Positions 25,251 to 39,696 are shown, counted from the stretch's first letter. The stretch: 64,000 nucleotides of DNA from Alphaproteobacteria bacterium (GCA_963422645.2 CAXXVO010000009.1:1-64000), one strand, 5' to 3'. Made by a program: numbers and translations. The notes: a model not told the origin generated them from the sequence alone.

Positions 25251-25574
25251 CGCTGCGATGTGGCGCGGACGCTCCGCTTGTTCCGTGGCTGCGTTTCACT
25301 CGGTCGTGCCGTTGAAGGGCCGACGCCGCTTGAAGTCCTCCGCCATCTCGCCCTTGGTGACCATGCGCACACCCGAATGGGCGAGAATATGATCGATGAG
25401 CCGGGATGATACTGCGCCCTCACTCGGCCACCACCGAGCCCATCGGCGACAAGTGGCCAACGACCGGGACGCTTTCCGCCTTCTCTAGTCCCGGTCGTCG
25501 CGCTACCCTCCCGGCAAAGAGGACGGCGGCGGCCGGGCTCTCTGTCATCGCTCCGCAACCGGCGGGAGGACTCT

Positions 25575-26036
25575 GTGACCTTCAATTTGGCGCATATCCA
25601 TCGCTTTCAAGTGGAGGCCGCCGCCACCAGCCGCTGCCGCCTGGAGGCCCGCACCCGCCAGCACACGGTGGTCATCGACGAGCCGGAGATCCGCGGCGGG
25701 AGCGACAGCGCCGCCACGCCGCTGGAGACCATGCTCTCCTCCTACCTGGCCTGCCTCAATGTCATATCGCACCTGATCGCCGACGAGATGGGTATCGAGA
25801 TCTCCGACCTCTCCATGTCGCTCGACGCCGCGTTCGACACGACGGGCGTCCGTAATTCCGAACCCGCGACAGTGCCCTTCCCCGAAATCGCGCTGACCAT
25901 GAACGTCACCACATCTGCCTCGGACGCCGATATCGCCCGGCTCCGCGAAGACCTCGAGAAGCGCTGCCCGGTGACGGTCATCCTCGCCCGCGCCGGCACG
26001 AAGATCGACGCCACCTGGAACGTGACCCGGCCCTAA
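25575..26036 (+). CDS. OsmC family protein
   Basis: IDEP...GG...TPLE...LAC and RCPV cysteine pair. Confidence 0.85.
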   Translation: MTFNLAHIHRFQVEAAATSRCRLEARTRQHTVVIDEPEIRGGSDSAATPLETMLSSYLACLNVISHLIADEMGIEISDLSMSLDAAFDTTGVRNSEPATVPFPEIALTMNVTTSASDADIARLREDLEKRCPVTVILARAGTKIDATWNVTRP

Positions 26037-26298
26037 GCGCGAGGCGAGCGGCAGGGCAGGCAAAAGTGGGAGCCGGGCCGCAGGCCCGGACGGCGCGACC
26101 GCGCCGCGCGCCGAAGGCGCGTAGCGTCGCGCAGCCACGCGCGCGGTACGCACGATCGAGCGGAGCAAGCGCATCGCGCGGTAACGCGCGCATGAGCGCG
26201 CGATGCGACTGAGGGATATGCGCAAGGCAAGACCCTGATATTATCGATGCGGCCGCGAGCGGCCTCCGGCCGACGGCCCCAAGAGATGGAGATGGCCC

Positions 26299-27759
26299 GT
26301 GATGGACGATGCCAGCAGCAGATCCGATAACGGCGGCAGCGAGAGCGCCGCGCCGATCAGCAACCCGAACTCTCTCGGCGCGCGCAACGTGGCCCACGTC
26401 GCCCACGGCTACGGCAACCTCGACGCGCTGGAGAGGACGCCGCCAATGGTCGTCACCCGCGGCAGCGGTGTCTCCATCATCGACGAGGAAGGCCGCGACT
26501 ACATCGAAGGCGTTGCCGGCATGTGGTGCGCCAACTTCGGGTTCAGCGAGAGCGCCTTGGTCGATGCCGCGATCGAGCAGTTCAGGGCTCTCCCCTACTA
26601 CCACTCGCTGATCGACAAGACGACCGAGCCCATGGGCCGCCTCGCCGAGCGGCTGAAGGCGTCGACCCATGTGCCGATGGCGAGGGTCTTCTTCGCCAAC
26701 TCGGGCTCGGAGGCGAACGACACGCTGGTCAAGCTCGCCTGGTACTACCACAACGCCATCGGCAAGCCTGAGAAGAAGAAGATCATCTCCCGCTTCATGG
26801 GCTTCCACGGCGTCACCTGCGGCGCCGCCAGCGTCACCGGCATCCCGCAAATGCATGCGGATTTCGACCTGCCGGTCAACGACCGCTTCCTCAAGACCGA
26901 TTGCCCGCATTTCTATCGTTACGGCGAGCCGGGCGAAAGCGAGGAGGACTACGCCTCGAGGCTCGCCACCAATCTCGAAGAGCTGATCGTGCAGGAGGGG
27001 CCCGAGACCGTCGCGGCCTTCTTCGCCGAGCCGGTGATGGGCGGCGGCGGCTGCATCGTGCCGCCCAAGACCTACTTCGAGAAGGTGCAGGCGGTTCTCG
27101 ACAAGTACGAGATCCTGTTCTTCGCCGACGAGGTCATCACCGGCTCAGGCCGCACAGGCAACTGGCTTGGCTCGGAGACCTTCAACATAAGGCCGGACGG
27201 TCTCTCCCTCGCCAAGGGGTTGGCCAGCGCCTATCAGCCGATCTCGGCGGTCTTGATCAACCAGAAGCTCTACGACGCCATGCTCGCCCAGAGCCGCAAG
27301 TTGGGCTTCTTCGCCCACGCCTTCACCACCACCGGCCATCCGGTGGCAGTCGCCGTCGCGCTCCGCTGCCAGGAGCTGATGGAGGAGCGCGACGTACTCG
27401 GCAACGTGCGCCGCGCAGGCGGTCTCCTGCAGGAGCGCATCCGGGGCTTCGCCGATCACCCGCTCGTGGGAGCCACCCGCGGCGTCGGCATGATGGGCGC
27501 CATCGAGCTGGTGGCGGACAAGGAGACCCGGCGTTCCTTCGACCCCTCCTTCGGCGTGAAGACCTATGCGGTGGACCGCGCCCGCGAGCACGGCCTCATC
27601 ATCAGGAGCGCGCTCGCCGGCGACAGCCTCGCCTTCGCTCCGCCCCTGGTGATGACCGAGGCCGAGGTCGAGGAGATGATGCGCCGCTTCACCCTGGCGC
27701 TGGACGACACCACCCGCTGGATCGAGGAGAACGGCCTCAAGACCAAGCAGGCGGCGTAG
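26299..27759 (+). CDS. Class III (omega-amine) aminotransferase
   Basis: NSGSEAND, FAEPVMG, ADEVITGSGRTG, LAKGL (PLP lysine). Confidence 0.92.
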   Translation: MMDDASSRSDNGGSESAAPISNPNSLGARNVAHVAHGYGNLDALERTPPMVVTRGSGVSIIDEEGRDYIEGVAGMWCANFGFSESALVDAAIEQFRALPYYHSLIDKTTEPMGRLAERLKASTHVPMARVFFANSGSEANDTLVKLAWYYHNAIGKPEKKKIISRFMGFHGVTCGAASVTGIPQMHADFDLPVNDRFLKTDCPHFYRYGEPGESEEDYASRLATNLEELIVQEGPETVAAFFAEPVMGGGGCIVPPKTYFEKVQAVLDKYEILFFADEVITGSGRTGNWLGSETFNIRPDGLSLAKGLASAYQPISAVLINQKLYDAMLAQSRKLGFFAHAFTTTGHPVAVAVALRCQELMEERDVLGNVRRAGGLLQERIRGFADHPLVGATRGVGMMGAIELVADKETRRSFDPSFGVKTYAVDRAREHGLIIRSALAGDSLAFAPPLVMTEAEVEEMMRRFTLALDDTTRWIEENGLKTKQAA

Positions 27760-27801
27760 CCGCCGACGGGTGACGAGGCGGACGCTATCGAGCAACGAGG
27801 A

Positions 27802-27993
27802 TCACGCGGAGTCTTCGCGCGGGTGACTCCCGAACTCCATATCGATCGCCTCAAGGACGCGGCGGTTCTCGTCAGCGAGATCGGACAGCGCTCCGAAGCC
27901 GGCCACCCACGGCGGCTCTTCGTCGTCGACGGTCCTGCCGCCTTGGCATCGGTGAAGCTTCTTTTCGAGCGCGTCGGTCACGTATCTCTTCAA
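27802..27993 (-). CDS. Small hypothetical protein, possibly an antitoxin-like remnant
   Basis: 63-aa ORF with an RHH-like tail (YVTDALEKKL) and PPWVAGFGAL...IDMEF. The start is doubtful. Confidence 0.3.
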   Translation of the reverse strand: MKRYVTDALEKKLHRCQGGRTVDDEEPPWVAGFGALSDLADENRRVLEAIDMEFGSHPREDSA

Positions 27994-28024
27994 TGTGAGG
28001 GCGCGGGCGACAGACCGCCGTCCC

Positions 28025-29437
28025 TCAGCCCGCCGGGCTGAAGCCGTACTCCGACTTGAGGTCTGCCGTCAGCTTGTCGAGGCCGCGGGAGAAGCGGTCG
28101 ATCACGTCGTCCACTTGCGCCGGCGTGATCGAGAGCGGCGGCGCGAACGAGGTCGAGTTGTGGCCGAAGAAGCCGCGCGTGATCAGCTTCTCCTCAAGGC
28201 ACAGATCGAAAAGCCGGTGTGAGCAATCCCACTCCAGGTCGAGCTCTTTCTTGGTCTCCTTGTTGGCCACCAGCTCGATCGCGAGCATCAGGCCGTCGCC
28301 GCGAATCTCGCCCATCAGCGGGTGAGAGCCGACGCGCTCCTCGAGCTGCTGCTTGAAGTAGGCGCCGGTGGACGCGGCGTTCCCCACCATGTCTTCCTGC
28401 TCCATCAGCGCGAGGTTCGCGTTGGCGGCGGCGCAGGCGAGCGGGTGGGCGCTCGCCGTGTGCCCGTGGGCGAAGATCGGGATGTCCTTCGAGCCCTCGT
28501 GCAGCACTTCCCACACGCGGTCCGAGATCACCGAGGCGGAGAGCGGCACGTAGGCGCTGGTGATGCCCTTGGACAGCGTCATGAGATCGGGGTCGAGGCC
28601 GTACTTCTCGGTCGCGAACCAGGAGCCCAGCCGGCCGAAGCCGGTAATCACCTCATCGGCGATGAAGAGCACGTCATGGCGCTTGAGGACCGCCTGGATT
28701 TCCTCGAAGTAGCCCTCGGGCGGTGCCACGCAGGCAGCAGCCCCCATCACCGGCTCGGCGATGAAGCCGCAGACGGTCTCCGGCCCCTCCTGGATGATCT
28801 GCTCCTCCAGCGCGGCGGCCATGCGCTTGGAAAAGTCCCGCTCGCTCTCGCCGGGCTCGCCCTCCCAGAAGTAGTGCCCCTTCTCGGTGTGCAGGAAACC
28901 CGGCAGCGGCAGCCCGAAGGCCTCGTGCATGAGTGGCAGGCCGGAGAGGCTGGTCGCGAACCCGGTCACACCGTGATAGCCCATGCTCCGCGCGATCATC
29001 TTGCGCTTCTCGGGCTTGCCGCGGCAGCGCTGATACATCCAGGCGAGCTTGACGTTGGCGTCGTTCGCCTCCGAGCCCGAGCTTGCGTAGAGAATCCGGC
29101 TCATGTTGTCCGGCAGCAGATCCATGAGCCGGTCGCTCAGCCTGATCTGCTGCTCGTTGGCATGGCCCGCCATGGTGTGGAAGTAGGGAAAGCTCCGGGC
29201 CTGGTCGGCGATCGCCTCGCCAATTTCAGTCCGTCCGTAGCCCGCGTTGACGCAGAAGAGCGAGGCCATCGCGTCGATATAGGTATCGCCCTTGTTATCG
29301 GTGACGTAGATGCCATCGCCGTTGGTGATGATATGCGGGCCGGATTTCTCGTGCTCGTGGATCGGAGTGAAGGCGTGGAGCGTCGTCTCCACATCCATTT
29401 GCTCGAGGCTGAGATTGGTTGCGGCTTGCCCTTCCAT
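28025..29437 (-). CDS. Class III (omega-amine) aminotransferase
   Basis: SSGSEAND, IAEPVMG, ADEVITGFGRLG, LSKGITS. Confidence 0.92.
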   Translation of the reverse strand: MEGQAATNLSLEQMDVETTLHAFTPIHEHEKSGPHIITNGDGIYVTDNKGDTYIDAMASLFCVNAGYGRTEIGEAIADQARSFPYFHTMAGHANEQQIRLSDRLMDLLPDNMSRILYASSGSEANDANVKLAWMYQRCRGKPEKRKMIARSMGYHGVTGFATSLSGLPLMHEAFGLPLPGFLHTEKGHYFWEGEPGESERDFSKRMAAALEEQIIQEGPETVCGFIAEPVMGAAACVAPPEGYFEEIQAVLKRHDVLFIADEVITGFGRLGSWFATEKYGLDPDLMTLSKGITSAYVPLSASVISDRVWEVLHEGSKDIPIFAHGHTASAHPLACAAANANLALMEQEDMVGNAASTGAYFKQQLEERVGSHPLMGEIRGDGLMLAIELVANKETKKELDLEWDCSHRLFDLCLEEKLITRGFFGHNSTSFAPPLSITPAQVDDVIDRFSRGLDKLTADLKSEYGFSPAG

Positions 29438-29645
29438 CGGTCCCTCCCTTCCGCGCTTGGCGCCGGTCCGCCGCGCGGGTCGGCGCAGATGCTAACCGAC
29501 GGGCGGCAGAGAGTCATGGCGCGGCGGGGGGCGCGGTGGGGGGGGGCGCGGTGGGGGCGCTCCCTCTCACGATCTGCTCACGCGCATCGTCGTGCGGTAG
29601 GATGGCAGCTTGGTCTGATTCGCCGATGCGGGCGGGAGGCAAGGG

Positions 29646-29990
29646 ATGAGCCGCGATACGATCAGCGCGATATGCCGGACCTTCCCCGGCGCCGAGGTGT
29701 CGGATCCCTGGGGCGGCGGGCACGACGCCTGGAAGGTGGGCGGCAAGATGTTCGCTTGCATCGGCTCGAAGCTGCCGGGAGTCTCGATCAAGACCGACAG
29801 CATCGCGACCGCCGAGATGCTCATCGAGATGGGCGTCGGCCGCAGGGCGCCCTATTTCCACCGCTCCTGGATCAACCTCCCCTTGGATCTCCCGGAGGAC
29901 GAGCTGCGCCACCGGCTCGCGGACTCATACCGCATCGTGCGCAAGGGCCTGACGCGCAAGGCGCAGGCAAGCCTCGCGCCCTTCGACTGA
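29646..29990 (+). CDS. MmcQ/YjbR family protein
   Basis: WKVGGKMFA, APYFHRSW, SYRIVRKGL. Confidence 0.85.
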   Translation: MSRDTISAICRTFPGAEVSDPWGGGHDAWKVGGKMFACIGSKLPGVSIKTDSIATAEMLIEMGVGRRAPYFHRSWINLPLDLPEDELRHRLADSYRIVRKGLTRKAQASLAPFD

Positions 29991-30098
29991 GAACAACCGA
30001 CGAGCCGCGAACGCGGCGCGCAGCACCTTGCGGCTCGGCAGGTGCTGCCCCACTGTGGCCGCCGCCCAGAGAGCGACACTCCGTAGGAGGTTCCGCCC

Positions 30099-31787
30099 AT
30101 GGACATGGTCACCATGAACATCATCGATTCGACGATGGTGTCCATCTGCCGCGAGATGGGCATCACGATGATGAAGACCTCCTATTCGACCATCTTCAAC
30201 GAGGGCCTGGATTTCACCTGCGGCCTCGGCAACACGCGGGGCGAGCTGATCGGGGTTGCCGAGTTCAACCCCTCGCAGATCGGCGGATTGCCGCTCGTCC
30301 TGCAGACCTCGGCCCAGGAAATTCCCCACGACAAGGTCGAGGAAGGGGACGTCATTGTCCACAACGACCCCTACCGGGGCGGCATGCACACGCCCGAACA
30401 CACCTTCATCAAGCCCGTGTTCTACCGGGGCGAGCTGATGGGCTACGCCGTCGCCATCGGCCATGTGGCGGAGGTCGGCGGCATGGTTCCCGGCGGCTTC
30501 GCCGGCGAGGCCACCGAGATCTTCCACGAGGGCATGCGCGTGCCCCCGGTCAAGATCAAGGAGCGGGGCGAGGACGTGGTCGAGGTGTGGAAGCTCATGC
30601 TCGCGAACTACCGCACGCCCCGCACCAACTACGGCGATTTTCGCGCGCTCATCAGCGCCGTCGACGTCGGCGCCGCCCGGCTCGCCGCGCTGATCGAGAA
30701 GTACGGGCCGGACACCTTCCGCAAGATCGTCGATGACCTGATGGACTACGCGGAGGCGCGGATGCGGGCGGAGCTCTCCGCCTTCCGCGACGGGGTCTAC
30801 AGCTTCGAGGACTACATGGAGGACGACGGCATCGAGGACCGGCCCTACAAGATCCATGTCGATGTCCACGTCCAGGGCGACGAGGTGGTCGTCGACTACG
30901 GCGGCACGGACGGCCAGGCGCGGGGGCCGATCAACGCGGTGCTCTCGGTCGCGTGGTCCTCGGCCTACAACGCGATCCTGCACCTCACCGACCCGTCGAT
31001 CCCCAAGAACTCGGGTTGCTTCCGCCCGATCAAGATCGTGGCGCCCGGCGGCTCTCTGGTGAACGCTGACTATCCGGCCACCTGCGTCGGCGGCAACACT
31101 GAGACCCACATCCGCATCGCCTACACGATCATCGCCGCGCTCGCGCAGTGCGTGCCCGATCGCGCCTTCGCCACCGACGCGGGCACGCACAGCAACTTCC
31201 TCTTCGGCGCCACCGACCCGCGCTCCGGCGACTACGTGGTCTGTTACGACTTCACCTGTGCCGCCTGGGGCGGGCGCCCCTTCGCCGACGGCAACGAAGT
31301 CATCAACTGTATCAACGGCAACTCGCGCATGGTGCCGATCGAGGTGTTCGAGGTGCGCTATCCGTGGATGATCGAGGAGTACGCGCTGCAGCCGGATACC
31401 GCCGGGCCCGGCCAGTACCGGGGCGCCCATGCGTTGGCCAAGATCTTTCGCTGCATGGACACCGAGATCACGGTGAGCTCGGTCTCCGACCGTCACAAGA
31501 TGCGGCCCTGGGGCCTCCTCGGCGGCGGTCCGGGGGCGACGGGCGGGCTCTTCTATCAGGAAGCCGGCGGCAAGGGCTGGCGCCCCTTCACCGAAGCCTT
31601 CGGCAAGACCTCGCCCAGCAAATTCGCTAATGCCACGATCGGGCCGGGCGACCGCGTCCGGCTGATCGCGCCAGGCGCGGGCGGCTACGGCGATGTGGCG
31701 GAGCGCGACCCCGCCATGATCGCCGAAGACCTGAGCGAAGGCTGGATCACGCCGGAAGGCGCGCGGCGCGACTACCGCTACGGCTGA
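30099..31787 (+). CDS. Hydantoinase B/oxoprolinase family subunit (no adjacent A subunit)
   Basis: SYSTIFNEGLDF, NDPYRGGMHTPE, HVAEVGGMVPG, PGAGGYGD. Confidence 0.9.
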   Translation: MDMVTMNIIDSTMVSICREMGITMMKTSYSTIFNEGLDFTCGLGNTRGELIGVAEFNPSQIGGLPLVLQTSAQEIPHDKVEEGDVIVHNDPYRGGMHTPEHTFIKPVFYRGELMGYAVAIGHVAEVGGMVPGGFAGEATEIFHEGMRVPPVKIKERGEDVVEVWKLMLANYRTPRTNYGDFRALISAVDVGAARLAALIEKYGPDTFRKIVDDLMDYAEARMRAELSAFRDGVYSFEDYMEDDGIEDRPYKIHVDVHVQGDEVVVDYGGTDGQARGPINAVLSVAWSSAYNAILHLTDPSIPKNSGCFRPIKIVAPGGSLVNADYPATCVGGNTETHIRIAYTIIAALAQCVPDRAFATDAGTHSNFLFGATDPRSGDYVVCYDFTCAAWGGRPFADGNEVINCINGNSRMVPIEVFEVRYPWMIEEYALQPDTAGPGQYRGAHALAKIFRCMDTEITVSSVSDRHKMRPWGLLGGGPGATGGLFYQEAGGKGWRPFTEAFGKTSPSKFANATIGPGDRVRLIAPGAGGYGDVAERDPAMIAEDLSEGWITPEGARRDYRYG

Positions 31788-31851
31788 CCGGCCGCGCCCC
31801 ACACGACGATCGAATGACGATCTAAGTGTAGTGACGCCGTCGCGCGCAGGC

Positions 31852-32253
31852 CTATGATTGGATGCGCTCGACGCCCGACCTGGCGCACTCCTCGTCCTCC
31901 TCGCCGGTGCCGCCCCCCACACCGCAGGCGCCGATGACCTGGCCGTCGCGGATGATCGGCACGCCGCCCCGACCGAGGATGATGTGTCCGCCGTCGGCCG
32001 CGACGATGCCGCGGAAGGTCGGGTGGTCCGCACGCTCGGTGAGGTCGCCGCTCGGGCGGCCGAAAGCGGCGGACGCGGCGGCCTTGCCCTGGCTGCCGTA
32101 GACGGCGGCCCATATGGCGCCGTCCATGCGTTGAAACGAGACCAGCTTTCCGCCCGCATCGCAAACCGCGACGCAGACCAGGATATCGATGCTCCGCGCG
32201 TGCCTCATCGCGCCGTCGGCGATTTGGTTGGCTTCATCGAGCGTTAGCGTCAT
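31852..32253 (-). CDS. GlcG/HbpS heme-binding family protein
   Basis: VAVCDAGG, RMDGA, GGVPI, GVGGGTGEEDEECA. Confidence 0.88.
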   Translation of the reverse strand: MTLTLDEANQIADGAMRHARSIDILVCVAVCDAGGKLVSFQRMDGAIWAAVYGSQGKAAASAAFGRPSGDLTERADHPTFRGIVAADGGHIILGRGGVPIIRDGQVIGACGVGGGTGEEDEECARSGVERIQS

Positions 32254-32292
32254 GGCAGTTCTCCCCTTTTTCGGCGGGCGTCGGAGGCGCCC

Positions 32293-35937
<3,645 letters not shown>

Positions 35938-35984
35938 GTCGCGATACTCCTGCTATCGAAAGAACGGTGACTGGGCTTCCGCTC

Positions 35985-36764
35985 TCAGTCCACCAGAGCG
36001 ATCTCGTCGCCGGCCTTGACCGGCCCTTCCTTGATGACCGCCGCGTAAACGCCTGCGAAGCCATCGCGCGTGCGGTTGACGTGCTTGAGCAGCGCGGGCG
36101 TGGTCTCGGCGGTCTCGGGGTGGATGGTGATGAACTTGCAGCGGGGGTCGCGCTCCACCACCATCAGCTCGACTGCGTCGCCCACCCTGACCCTACGGCC
36201 CACCAGCTCGTCCTCGTAGAAACCGCCATGCTCCGCCCAGTCGACGTAGAAGTTGGCGCGGAATTGCAGCTTGTGGAGATCGATGCCGGTCTCCTCGGCG
36301 AGCTGGCCCACGGTCTGGAGCGAGAAGAGCGTGACCGGCCGGCAATCGACCAGGCTGCGCTGAGTGAAGCGCAGCGAGAGCGCGCCCTTGGACCTGTCCT
36401 TCAACCCGTACAGGAAGGCCGGGTCCTCGATGTCCACGACCGAGCCGTCGGGGCGCTCGACCGCGACGGCGAAGGCCTCGGCCTCAGGGAAGGGCGCGTG
36501 GACATTGGCGGGATGGCCCATCGCCTCTTTCATGTTGTCGGGCTTGAGCGTGCCGTCGCGCTCCTTGAAGCGCGCCTGGTAGAGCACTAGGTTCTCCTGC
36601 TCCCGCGCAGTGTGCCAGGGGAACGACGCGGGCGCGGCGGTGGACGCGATCGCATAGACCCGATCGCCCATCAGCCCGGTGAAGGCCACGAAGATCTCGT
36701 CGACCTCCTCGCCCCGCATGCTTTTCACCGGATAGCGCCAGATGCTCTCCACCCTGCCCAACAT
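35985..36764 (-). CDS. MOSC domain protein (YcbX/mARC-like)
   Basis: IWRYPVKSMRGE, GDRVYA, FRANF, PRC. Confidence 0.9.
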   Translation of the reverse strand: MLGRVESIWRYPVKSMRGEEVDEIFVAFTGLMGDRVYAIASTAAPASFPWHTAREQENLVLYQARFKERDGTLKPDNMKEAMGHPANVHAPFPEAEAFAVAVERPDGSVVDIEDPAFLYGLKDRSKGALSLRFTQRSLVDCRPVTLFSLQTVGQLAEETGIDLHKLQFRANFYVDWAEHGGFYEDELVGRRVRVGDAVELMVVERDPRCKFITIHPETAETTPALLKHVNRTRDGFAGVYAAVIKEGPVKAGDEIALVD

Positions 36765-36836
36765 TGCTCCGTCCTTTCCCGTTCTCGCGACCGCTGCCGG
36801 CCGTCCCCAACGGCCTTGTGTACACCATTGTAGGGG

Positions 36837-36955
36837 GACGAAAGTCATTGCGAATCCGGAAGATGCCGGGAAGAAGGCGGAAGAGGGCGGACGGTCAAGG
36901 GGTTGGCGGCGTTTCCGGGGTCTGGCGGGCCGGACGAAAGTCTTTGCGAATCCGG
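36837..36955 (+). repeat. Left-end transposase-binding-site repeats (2 copies, 96-bp period)
   Basis: GACGAAAGTCATTGCGAATCCGG (36837-36859) and GACGAAAGTCTTTGCGAATCCGG (36933-36955), 22/23 identical. The first begins at position 9 of the end. Confidence 0.85.
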
Positions 36956-37228
36956 CCCGGAAAGGGCCGTGAATTGGCTGGAAACGGTGATTTTCGGGGC
37001 GTTTCAGGGGTGCTGAAAGGCCTGTATGTCAATCGGCTTTCAATACTGACCCCCGATCGGCGTGCAAAATTGACCCCCCTGAGTGGCACGGCGGAGGTTG
37101 TCCCGGTAGCCAATAGGGGGGACCCGCGCGGCTTCGTGTGGCGCCCTGCGCTACGCGGAGCGAAGCCGCGTGGGGGGTCCCTGTTGGCCCACCGGGGCAA
37201 CCGGGCCGCAAGGGAGGCCGGCGGCGGG

Positions 37229-37957
37229 TCAGGAGCGGTTCTTGAAGCGCCAGCTCTCGTTGCCGGTCTCGATGATCTCGCAATGATGGGTGAGGCGATC
37301 GAGCAGCGCTGTGGTCATCTTGGGGTCGCCGAAGACGGATGGCCATTCGCCGAAGGCGAGGTTTGTGGTGATGACGATCGAGGTGCGCTCGTAGAGCCGG
37401 CTCATCAGATGGAAGAGCAGCTGCCCACCGGCCTGGGCGAAGGGCAGGTAGCCGAGCTCGTCGAGGATGACGAAGTCGCGGCGGACGAGCTGGTCTGCAG
37501 TGCGGCCCTGGCGTCCGGCGCGAAGCTCGGCCTCGAGGAGGTTGACCAGGTCGACGACGTTGTAGCACCGGCCGCGCGCGCCCTTGCGGATGCAGGACCG
37601 CGCGATGGCGACGGCGAGATGGGTCTTGCCGGTACCGGTGCCGCCGACCAGCACGATGTTGCGTTTGCCCTCGAGGAAGCCGCCGCCGGCGAGCTCCTGG
37701 ATCAGGGGCTCGTTGACCGGCGAGGCGGCGAAGTCGAAGTCGGCCAGCTCCTTGACCGTCGGCAGCTTGGCGGAGGCCATCTGGTACTTGATCGAGCGGG
37801 CCCTCTTGTCGGCGATCTCGACCTGCAGCAGCGTACCGATGATCTGTTGCACCGGATGGCGGCGCTTGAGCCCGTCGGCAAGGATGTCGTCGTAAGCGGC
37901 GCGCATACCTGCGAGCTTCAGCTGGGTCATCATCTCCAGCACATCATGACGCTCCAT
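37229..37957 (-). CDS. istB: IS21 helper AAA+ ATPase IstB
   Basis: [42 protein letters not shown]. Confidence 0.95.
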   Translation of the reverse strand: MERHDVLEMMTQLKLAGMRAAYDDILADGLKRRHPVQQIIGTLLQVEIADKRARSIKYQMASAKLPTVKELADFDFAASPVNEPLIQELAGGGFLEGKRNIVLVGGTGTGKTHLAVAIARSCIRKGARGRCYNVVDLVNLLEAELRAGRQGRTADQLVRRDFVILDELGYLPFAQAGGQLLFHLMSRLYERTSIVITTNLAFGEWPSVFGDPKMTTALLDRLTHHCEIIETGNESWRFKNRS

Positions 37958-39458
37958 GACCGGCCTCCCTCAGGCTGTCGTAGCGCTGACAGTCGGCTAC
38001 CGGCTTGTGGCGAAGCTGCAGGCCCTCGGGCGTCGGGATGATTGCCGGCGGTGCCGGCTGGCGCTGCCGGGCGAGGATGTTGAGCACCACGTCGGCGCTG
38101 CAGGCACCGCAGTCGAGCGTCTCGGCACAGGCCGCCTCAACCGCCTCCAGTCCGTCCTCCAGCACCGCCGCGAGCACCTTGACGAACTGCCGGTCGCCGT
38201 CGTCGTGGCCCGCGAGCCGGGTTCGCAGGCGGCCGAGCGCGTTGGGCAACTGCCAGTCCTTGAAGGGCGCGCCATTGCGTAGCGCGCCGGGCTTCCGCGT
38301 CAGGATCGGCACGTAATGCCACGGATCGTAGACGAACCGGCCGCGCCCGAAGCTGCGGGGGTGCTCGGCAACGGTCTCGCCGTCCTGGCGGATGACGATC
38401 CGATCGGCATAGGCCCGCACGTCCACCGGCCGGCCGACGGCGCGGGCCGCGACGCTGTACTGGTTGTTGTCGAAGCGCACCAGACAGGTCTTCGAGACCG
38501 ACACCTCGCTGGCATGGAAGCCGTCGAAGGGGCCGCGATACGCCATCAGGAAGGGCTGCTCCTCCTCGAACACCTGCCACACCGTCTTGCCCGGGATTGT
38601 CGGATGCGGATGCTTCTTGGCGTCCTCGATGCACCGATCCATCAGCCACTCGTTGATCTCGGCGTAGGAGCGGCCCCGCGGGATGGGCACGAACAGGCGG
38701 CCGCGAAGGTCACCCACCTGCTTCTCGACCTGCCCCTTCTCCCAGCCAGCCCCTGGCGTGCACGCCACAGGCTCCACCAGATGGTGCGAGCACAGCTCCT
38801 GGAAGCGGCGGTTGTAGTCCCGCTTCTTGCCCACGAAGATCGTGCTCACCGCCGTCTTCATGTTGTCGTAGATGCCCCGCCGGCAGACCCCGCCGAAGAA
38901 GCGGAAGGCACGCTCGTGCGCCTCGAAGACCATCTCCTGGCTCTCGCGGGGAAAGATCTGGACCAGATACATCCGGCTGTGGCACAGCCGCATGTGCGCC
39001 GCCTTCACCCTGGTCGTCGCGCCCGACAGACGCGCGTACTCGTGGCTCCAGTCGAACTGGTAGGCCTCGCCGGGATCGAAGATCAGCGGCACATAGGCCT
39101 GCGCCGGCGACAACAGCCGCCACCGGCGCCGCCAGGCCCTGGCATAGCGGCGAACCGCGTCATAGCCGCCCTTGTAGCCCAGCGACACAAGGTCTTCATG
39201 AATCCGCAGAAGAGACAGCCGATCCTTGCGTGCCTTCTTCTCGTTGGCCTTCAGCTGGCGCTCAAGCTCCTCCACCCACAGCCCAAGCTTCGGCATCGGC
39301 TGGATCTTGCGCTCGTAGCTGTGCGAGGTCGCATCGCCCCGCACCACCTTGCGTATCGTGTTCTTGGAAACCCTCAAATCCCGGGCGAGCTTCTTGATCG
39401 GAACGCCCTTCACCAGATGATCCCGACGGATCTTCGCGATCGTTTCCACAACCAGCAT
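37944..39458 (-). CDS. istA: IS21 transposase IstA
   Basis: N-terminal [28 protein letters not shown]. Overlaps istB. Confidence 0.95.
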   Translation of the reverse strand: MLVVETIAKIRRDHLVKGVPIKKLARDLRVSKNTIRKVVRGDATSHSYERKIQPMPKLGLWVEELERQLKANEKKARKDRLSLLRIHEDLVSLGYKGGYDAVRRYARAWRRRWRLLSPAQAYVPLIFDPGEAYQFDWSHEYARLSGATTRVKAAHMRLCHSRMYLVQIFPRESQEMVFEAHERAFRFFGGVCRRGIYDNMKTAVSTIFVGKKRDYNRRFQELCSHHLVEPVACTPGAGWEKGQVEKQVGDLRGRLFVPIPRGRSYAEINEWLMDRCIEDAKKHPHPTIPGKTVWQVFEEEQPFLMAYRGPFDGFHASEVSVSKTCLVRFDNNQYSVAARAVGRPVDVRAYADRIVIRQDGETVAEHPRSFGRGRFVYDPWHYVPILTRKPGALRNGAPFKDWQLPNALGRLRTRLAGHDDGDRQFVKVLAAVLEDGLEAVEAACAETLDCGACSADVVLNILARQRQPAPPAIIPTPEGLQLRHKPVADCQRYDSLREAGHGAS

Positions 39459-39653
39459 CTCCCCCACCACCCCGTCCGTCCAAACGACGAGGTGTGTTCA
39501 TGGACACAAATCCAAGGGGGTCAATTTTGGACGCCGATCACCCCCAATAGGGGGTCACTTTTCCACGCTTAACAACACGCTCCTTCACGGCCCATGCACA
39601 GGCCGGTTTTTCCAGCCCGATTCAGCCCCGAAAACCAGACGATTTTCCAGGCC

Positions 39654-39696
39654 ATTCGCAAAGACTTCCGGCCGCGATTCGCAAAGACTTTCGGCC
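39654..39696 (-). repeat. Right-end transposase-binding-site repeats (2 adjacent copies, 23-bp period)
   Basis: ATTCGCAAAGACTTCCGGCC (39654-39673) and ATTCGCAAAGACTTTCGGCC (39677-39696), inverted relative to the left-end repeats. Confidence 0.85.

Larger units (their letters stand above)
37027..39577 (-). mobile_element. IS21-family insertion sequence
   Basis: TGT...ACA ends with repeated TGACCCC boxes (GATCGGCGT(G/C)CAAAATTGACCCCCT at both ends) enclosing istA-istB. No flanking duplication. Confidence 0.93.

Noticed and set aside
26170-26207. 11-bp inverted repeat CGCATCGCGCG/CGCGCGATGCG upstream of the aminotransferase as a riboswitch or REP
   Set aside because: Low-complexity CG-rich sequence, a single occurrence, and no recognisable aptamer or U tract.
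36837-39696. Repeated GAAAGTCTTTGCGAATC motif read as a CRISPR array
   Set aside because: Only two copies per side, inverted between sides, with irregular spacing and no cas genes. Transposon-end sites with a TSD explain it better.
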